Shown here in pieces: positions 60,643-64,000 of a stretch of DNA of 64,000 bases; position 1 is the first letter of the stretch; every line of letters begins with the position of its first letter. The DNA is from an uncultured Verrucomicrobiae bacterium. GTDB taxonomy: Bacteria; Verrucomicrobiota; Verrucomicrobiia; Limisphaerales; Palsa-1400. The translations under genes were made by a program, and so were the position numbers. The notes below the pieces were generated by a model that saw nothing but the letters and a program-made list of their open reading frames with translations, was not told the DNA's origin and did not search any database. The stretch covers positions 4,288,001 through 4,352,000 of the forward strand of contig OY969763.1 in NCBI GenBank assembly GCA_963702845.1, written 5' to 3'.

Positions 60643-61656
60643 TTATGCGCCGTTTAATTGCTCGGGAGTTAATTCATTCAACAAAGATTCGCCGCGGGTG
60701 ATACGACCGAGGTTGATCGTGAAAATCTCCCAAAGCCGCTGTTTGAAATTTGGGCTTAGGCTCGAACCGGAAATGTGCGGCGTGAAAATCACATTGGGAA
60801 ATCTCCAGAGTGGATGCTCCGGCGGCATTGGATACTGGTAATGAGTATCGAGGGCCGCGCCGGCGATCCATTTTTCGCGCAAAGCGCGCAATAGCGCTTC
60901 CTGTTGTATGATCGGTCCGCGCGCGGGATTGAGCAGAAAAGCGTGTCGTGGCAATGCCTGCAATTCGCGTTCACCAATCAAACCCTCGGTGACTTTAGTC
61001 AGTGACAGCGCAAGAATCAAAAAATCCAGATCGCGCAGGAACTCTAATTCTTCACCGGCTTTAAAAATACGGTCGGGCAGAATCCCTTCGGGATCGCCGG
61101 TGCCAGGCACGGTGTAGATATTGCGAATCGGCGCGACACCATTCCGGGCCAAAACGTGAACGCGCAATCCCATCTGTTTGGCGAGACGGGCAGTTTCGCG
61201 TCCGATGCCGCCATAACCCCACAGGCCGACCGTCGCGCCTCGCAATTCACGCTGAAAAACAGCGGAGCGATCCCAGACGGCGGCGTCCTGATGGCGAATC
61301 ATTTGGCGGATATCACGGACGAGGTTCACCATCATGGCGATATTCCATTCAGCGATCGGAACATCAAAGCAACCTCGCGCGTTTGTGGCGCGAACGCCGC
61401 GTGCAGGCAAATCGAGCGCGCACAATTGCGTGTAACCAACGGATGCGATCTGAATCCATTTCAAATTGCCCATGACGGCGTGATTGGTTGGAGGCAGTGT
61501 ACAAAAAAGTATGGAGGCGTCTTGAATGCGTTTGGGGTCCAGATCGCGCGCCCGTTCTTCGGGCGGATCGATGACTTCGATTTTGCAATCCGTTCTCTGT
61601 TGCAAAGCAGCCAGCGCTGGAGCGTGCGCAGGAACGTCGATGACAATTTTCATCAT
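60643..61656 (-). CDS. D-2-hydroxyacid dehydrogenase
   Basis: GYGGIG, NPARG, GAALD, TPHISG. Confidence 0.92.
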   Translation of the reverse strand: MMKIVIDVPAHAPALAALQQRTDCKIEVIDPPEERARDLDPKRIQDASILFCTLPPTNHAVMGNLKWIQIASVGYTQLCALDLPARGVRATNARGCFDVPIAEWNIAMMVNLVRDIRQMIRHQDAAVWDRSAVFQRELRGATVGLWGYGGIGRETARLAKQMGLRVHVLARNGVAPIRNIYTVPGTGDPEGILPDRIFKAGEELEFLRDLDFLILALSLTKVTEGLIGERELQALPRHAFLLNPARGPIIQQEALLRALREKWIAGAALDTHYQYPMPPEHPLWRFPNVIFTPHISGSSLSPNFKQRLWEIFTINLGRITRGESLLNELTPEQLNGA

Positions 61657-61663
61657 TGGCGAG

Positions 61664-62875
61664 TTAATCTTTCAGGATTTTTCCGGGCACGCTGTTGAAT
61701 TCGCCGCTACCGGGTTTGAACGGATAGCGACGCTTGGTTTCTTCTGTCAGCACGATGCCGAGGCCGGGTCGGTCTGGCCGCAGAACGTAGCCGTCTTTGA
61801 TCACCAATCCGCCGTCGATGATTTCGGAGTGCAGACCGGCGTAATCCGGAGGGATTTCAAGAATGGCGGTGTTCGAGGCGACGAACCCGCAATGCACATT
61901 CTGCATCAGTGAACCGCCGGCGCCCCAGGCGTGTGTCGCAATTTTGCGCCCGCGCTTTTCCAGCAATTGTGCCACGACAAGAAATTCGCCGAGGCCTCCG
62001 GTAAAAGATGCGTCAGGTTGGCCGATGTCGAAGCTATCCTGCTCGGCAAAGACGCGCCATTCGTAGGCAGCGGTCAGGCATTCGCCGCCCGCTATTGGAG
62101 TTGTGGTGGCTTTGCAAAGTTCGGCGTATCCCCACGGATCCGTATAGTGCAACGGCTCTTCGAGGAAGAATGGATCGAAAGGTTCTATCGCGCGCGCGAC
62201 CGTCGTTGCGATATCCAATGTCCAGGTGGTTACATGATTGTTGCCCATGTGCGCGTCCATCGCCAACCAGGCATCTTTGCCGGCGTGAGAGCGCATGAAC
62301 GCGAACTTCTCCGATTCAAAGTCCGCGGCTTCCTTCGCTTCTTTCGGCATATACCAACCATCTTTCGAAACACTTCCCGCGCCGACTTTCAATCCGCGGA
62401 AGCCGAGTGAAAAGTAATGATCGATTTTTTGCGCGAGACGATCTTTTGGGTAATTGCTCGGACCACCTGTGGCGTAACAAGGCAAGCGATCATGTTTGCT
62501 TCCACCGAGCAAGGCATGAACGGGCTGTCCCAGTAACTTTCCTCTCAGATCCCAAAGTGCGGCTTCGATGCCATTGAGCACAATTATGCCAAGACCGACG
62601 CGGCACCAGAAATTGCCGCAGTGATACATGCGCCGCCACAATTCAGGGATATCATCGACGGTCTGGCCGATGAGAATCAGTTTAAAAAAATCGACGATGG
62701 CAGGAACGGCTTCCGGGCAGAAATAGCCGGCGTAGGTTTCACCGATTCCAACGGTTCCAACATCTGTAAATATTTCGATGAACGCCGCGCTACGTAGTTT
62801 GCGGGCTTCGCGCAGGAACGGGTCATCGGTGCAAGGCCCCGTCAATAAGGTGGTGCGGACGTCAGTGATAATCAT
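61664..62875 (-). CDS. Mandelate racemase / muconate lactonizing enzyme family
   Basis: ALWDL.GK..G.PV..LLGG, EEP, GGE, QPD. Confidence 0.92.
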   Translation of the reverse strand: MIITDVRTTLLTGPCTDDPFLREARKLRSAAFIEIFTDVGTVGIGETYAGYFCPEAVPAIVDFFKLILIGQTVDDIPELWRRMYHCGNFWCRVGLGIIVLNGIEAALWDLRGKLLGQPVHALLGGSKHDRLPCYATGGPSNYPKDRLAQKIDHYFSLGFRGLKVGAGSVSKDGWYMPKEAKEAADFESEKFAFMRSHAGKDAWLAMDAHMGNNHVTTWTLDIATTVARAIEPFDPFFLEEPLHYTDPWGYAELCKATTTPIAGGECLTAAYEWRVFAEQDSFDIGQPDASFTGGLGEFLVVAQLLEKRGRKIATHAWGAGGSLMQNVHCGFVASNTAILEIPPDYAGLHSEIIDGGLVIKDGYVLRPDRPGLGIVLTEETKRRYPFKPGSGEFNSVPGKILKD

Positions 62876-64000
62876 TTCGTGGCGACCTCCACAAAGCGTC
62901 CCCAGATGTCGCGGTTCATGCCTTTGCTCCAGCCGCCCAGGTCGTAAGCTACGAAGATTTTATTATCCGTCGGCGTCTCTTCCACCGCCATGTAGTGCGT
63001 GGTGAGCACGCCGGAAGTCATGCGCACTACGTTGCTCCAGGTTTGGCCGTGGTCGGTACTGAATGCGATGTAATTGCCGTTCCAGGAATGTTCGGGATGC
63101 GCCCAGCAGGCTTTTTGTGGAATACGAACACCAAACGCCGCCACGAGAATTCCGCTACGCAACTCGATCAAATCGGGGTCAACCACTGCGCCGCGAAGTT
63201 CGTCCGGATTGTTCTCATCCAAAAGATTTTTTCCTTTCGAGCCTTTGAAATTTCGAAAGTGATCCACCCAAAGTTCCGTCCGATAGATATCCAGATTTGC
63301 AAAGACCAATGGATGATGTGGGCTCCATGTAACGCCATCGTCGTCCGAGGTGGCTTCGCGCAGTTCGCGTCCGGTGCGCATCAAGCAGATGAGTCGGCCA
63401 ATGTTTGGCCCCTTCGACAGTCGCGCGATGACTGGCTCACAAAATCCTTCGGTGCCAATTTCCGAGCCGACCGCCACAGTCGAAACCAGCTTCCAATGTT
63501 GCCCACGATCGCTCGACCGCACGAGCAAGGTGCGAGCCTTCATCATCGTTGGCATGTAAGTCGACGGCGTGTTGTCGCCGTTGAGTTGGCCGTAGAATGT
63601 TGCGGTCAAATCGCCGTTCGGTAGTTCGAGAATGCGCCGATGCAACCGTTGCGCGTCGTGAGGATGACCACCGTCGTCTTTGGACGCATAAAAATTGACG
63701 TTCGGCAAATCAAAGGGGACGTCTTCGGGGCCTTCCAAAGTCTTCCAGTCGTCAGTGGATGTGTAGAGCTGTCCGACTCCGTCGCCAGGCTTTTTGCCCG
63801 GCACGATGTAAGTGTCGAGGGCGAGAATGGTACCGTCGCGCAATTGCACGATTCCACCCTCCGCGTTCAATCCGTTCTCGCCGGGTTTGCGCGGGATCTT
63901 CGTCCAAGTTTGGGTGTTATCGCGCGAAATCCACGTCTCGAGGGCAGATGGATAAGCCATGCGCGAGGAGAGCAATGATTTTTCGGGCACTTGTGCCTGA
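62872..64000 (-). CDS. Sialidase/BNR-repeat protein (5' end probably outside the window)
   Basis: Multiple S.D.G.TW Asp-box repeats. Confidence 0.85.
   Translation of the reverse strand, partial: QAQVPEKSLLSSRMAYPSALETWISRDNTQTWTKIPRKPGENGLNAEGGIVQLRDGTILALDTYIVPGKKPGDGVGQLYTSTDDWKTLEGPEDVPFDLPNVNFYASKDDGGHPHDAQRLHRRILELPNGDLTATFYGQLNGDNTPSTYMPTMMKARTLLVRSSDRGQHWKLVSTVAVGSEIGTEGFCEPVIARLSKGPNIGRLICLMRTGRELREATSDDDGVTWSPHHPLVFANLDIYRTELWVDHFRNFKGSKGKNLLDENNPDELRGAVVDPDLIELRSGILVAAFGVRIPQKACWAHPEHSWNGNYIAFSTDHGQTWSNVVRMTSGVLTTHYMAVEETPTDNKIFVAYDLGGWSKGMNRDIWGRFVEVATK

Overview
The window looks like Verrucomicrobiota (Pedosphaera-like) DNA, inferred from its protein families. It has four parts. 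(1) Positions 1-36.3 kb are the right part of a large integrative element inserted at the 3' end of tRNA-Asp(GTC). It encodes a tyrosine integrase, an XRE repressor and Xis-like HTH, a nuclease/helicase/primase module and terS-terL, but no portal, capsid or tail gene within the window. Its two cargo regions (1-7.5 kb and 17.6-34.8 kb) are packed with integron-type gene cassettes whose start (GTTRRRY) and end (RYYYAAC) cores are mutually complementary. There is no intI gene, yet about 11 copies of two attI-like repeat families each head a short run of cassettes. One attC is split by an IS1111-type IS110 element whose non-coding end contains readable target and donor guide loops of a bridge/seek RNA. 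(2) Positions 36.7-47.6 kb are a surface-glycan locus containing a stand-alone A-PCP-TE enzyme (Pro-like specificity code, Cys-type TE). (3) Positions 47.7-58.7 kb hold a TonB receptor/YfiR/hybrid kinase locus and an RtcB2-like ligase region preceded by a candidate leader-peptide attenuator. (4) Positions 58.7-64 kb hold a tRNA-Arg 3' fragment, a truncated integrase and sugar-acid catabolic genes. Many single-base frameshifts at 40-53 kb probably reflect assembly errors. All family calls come from motif recognition, not database searches.
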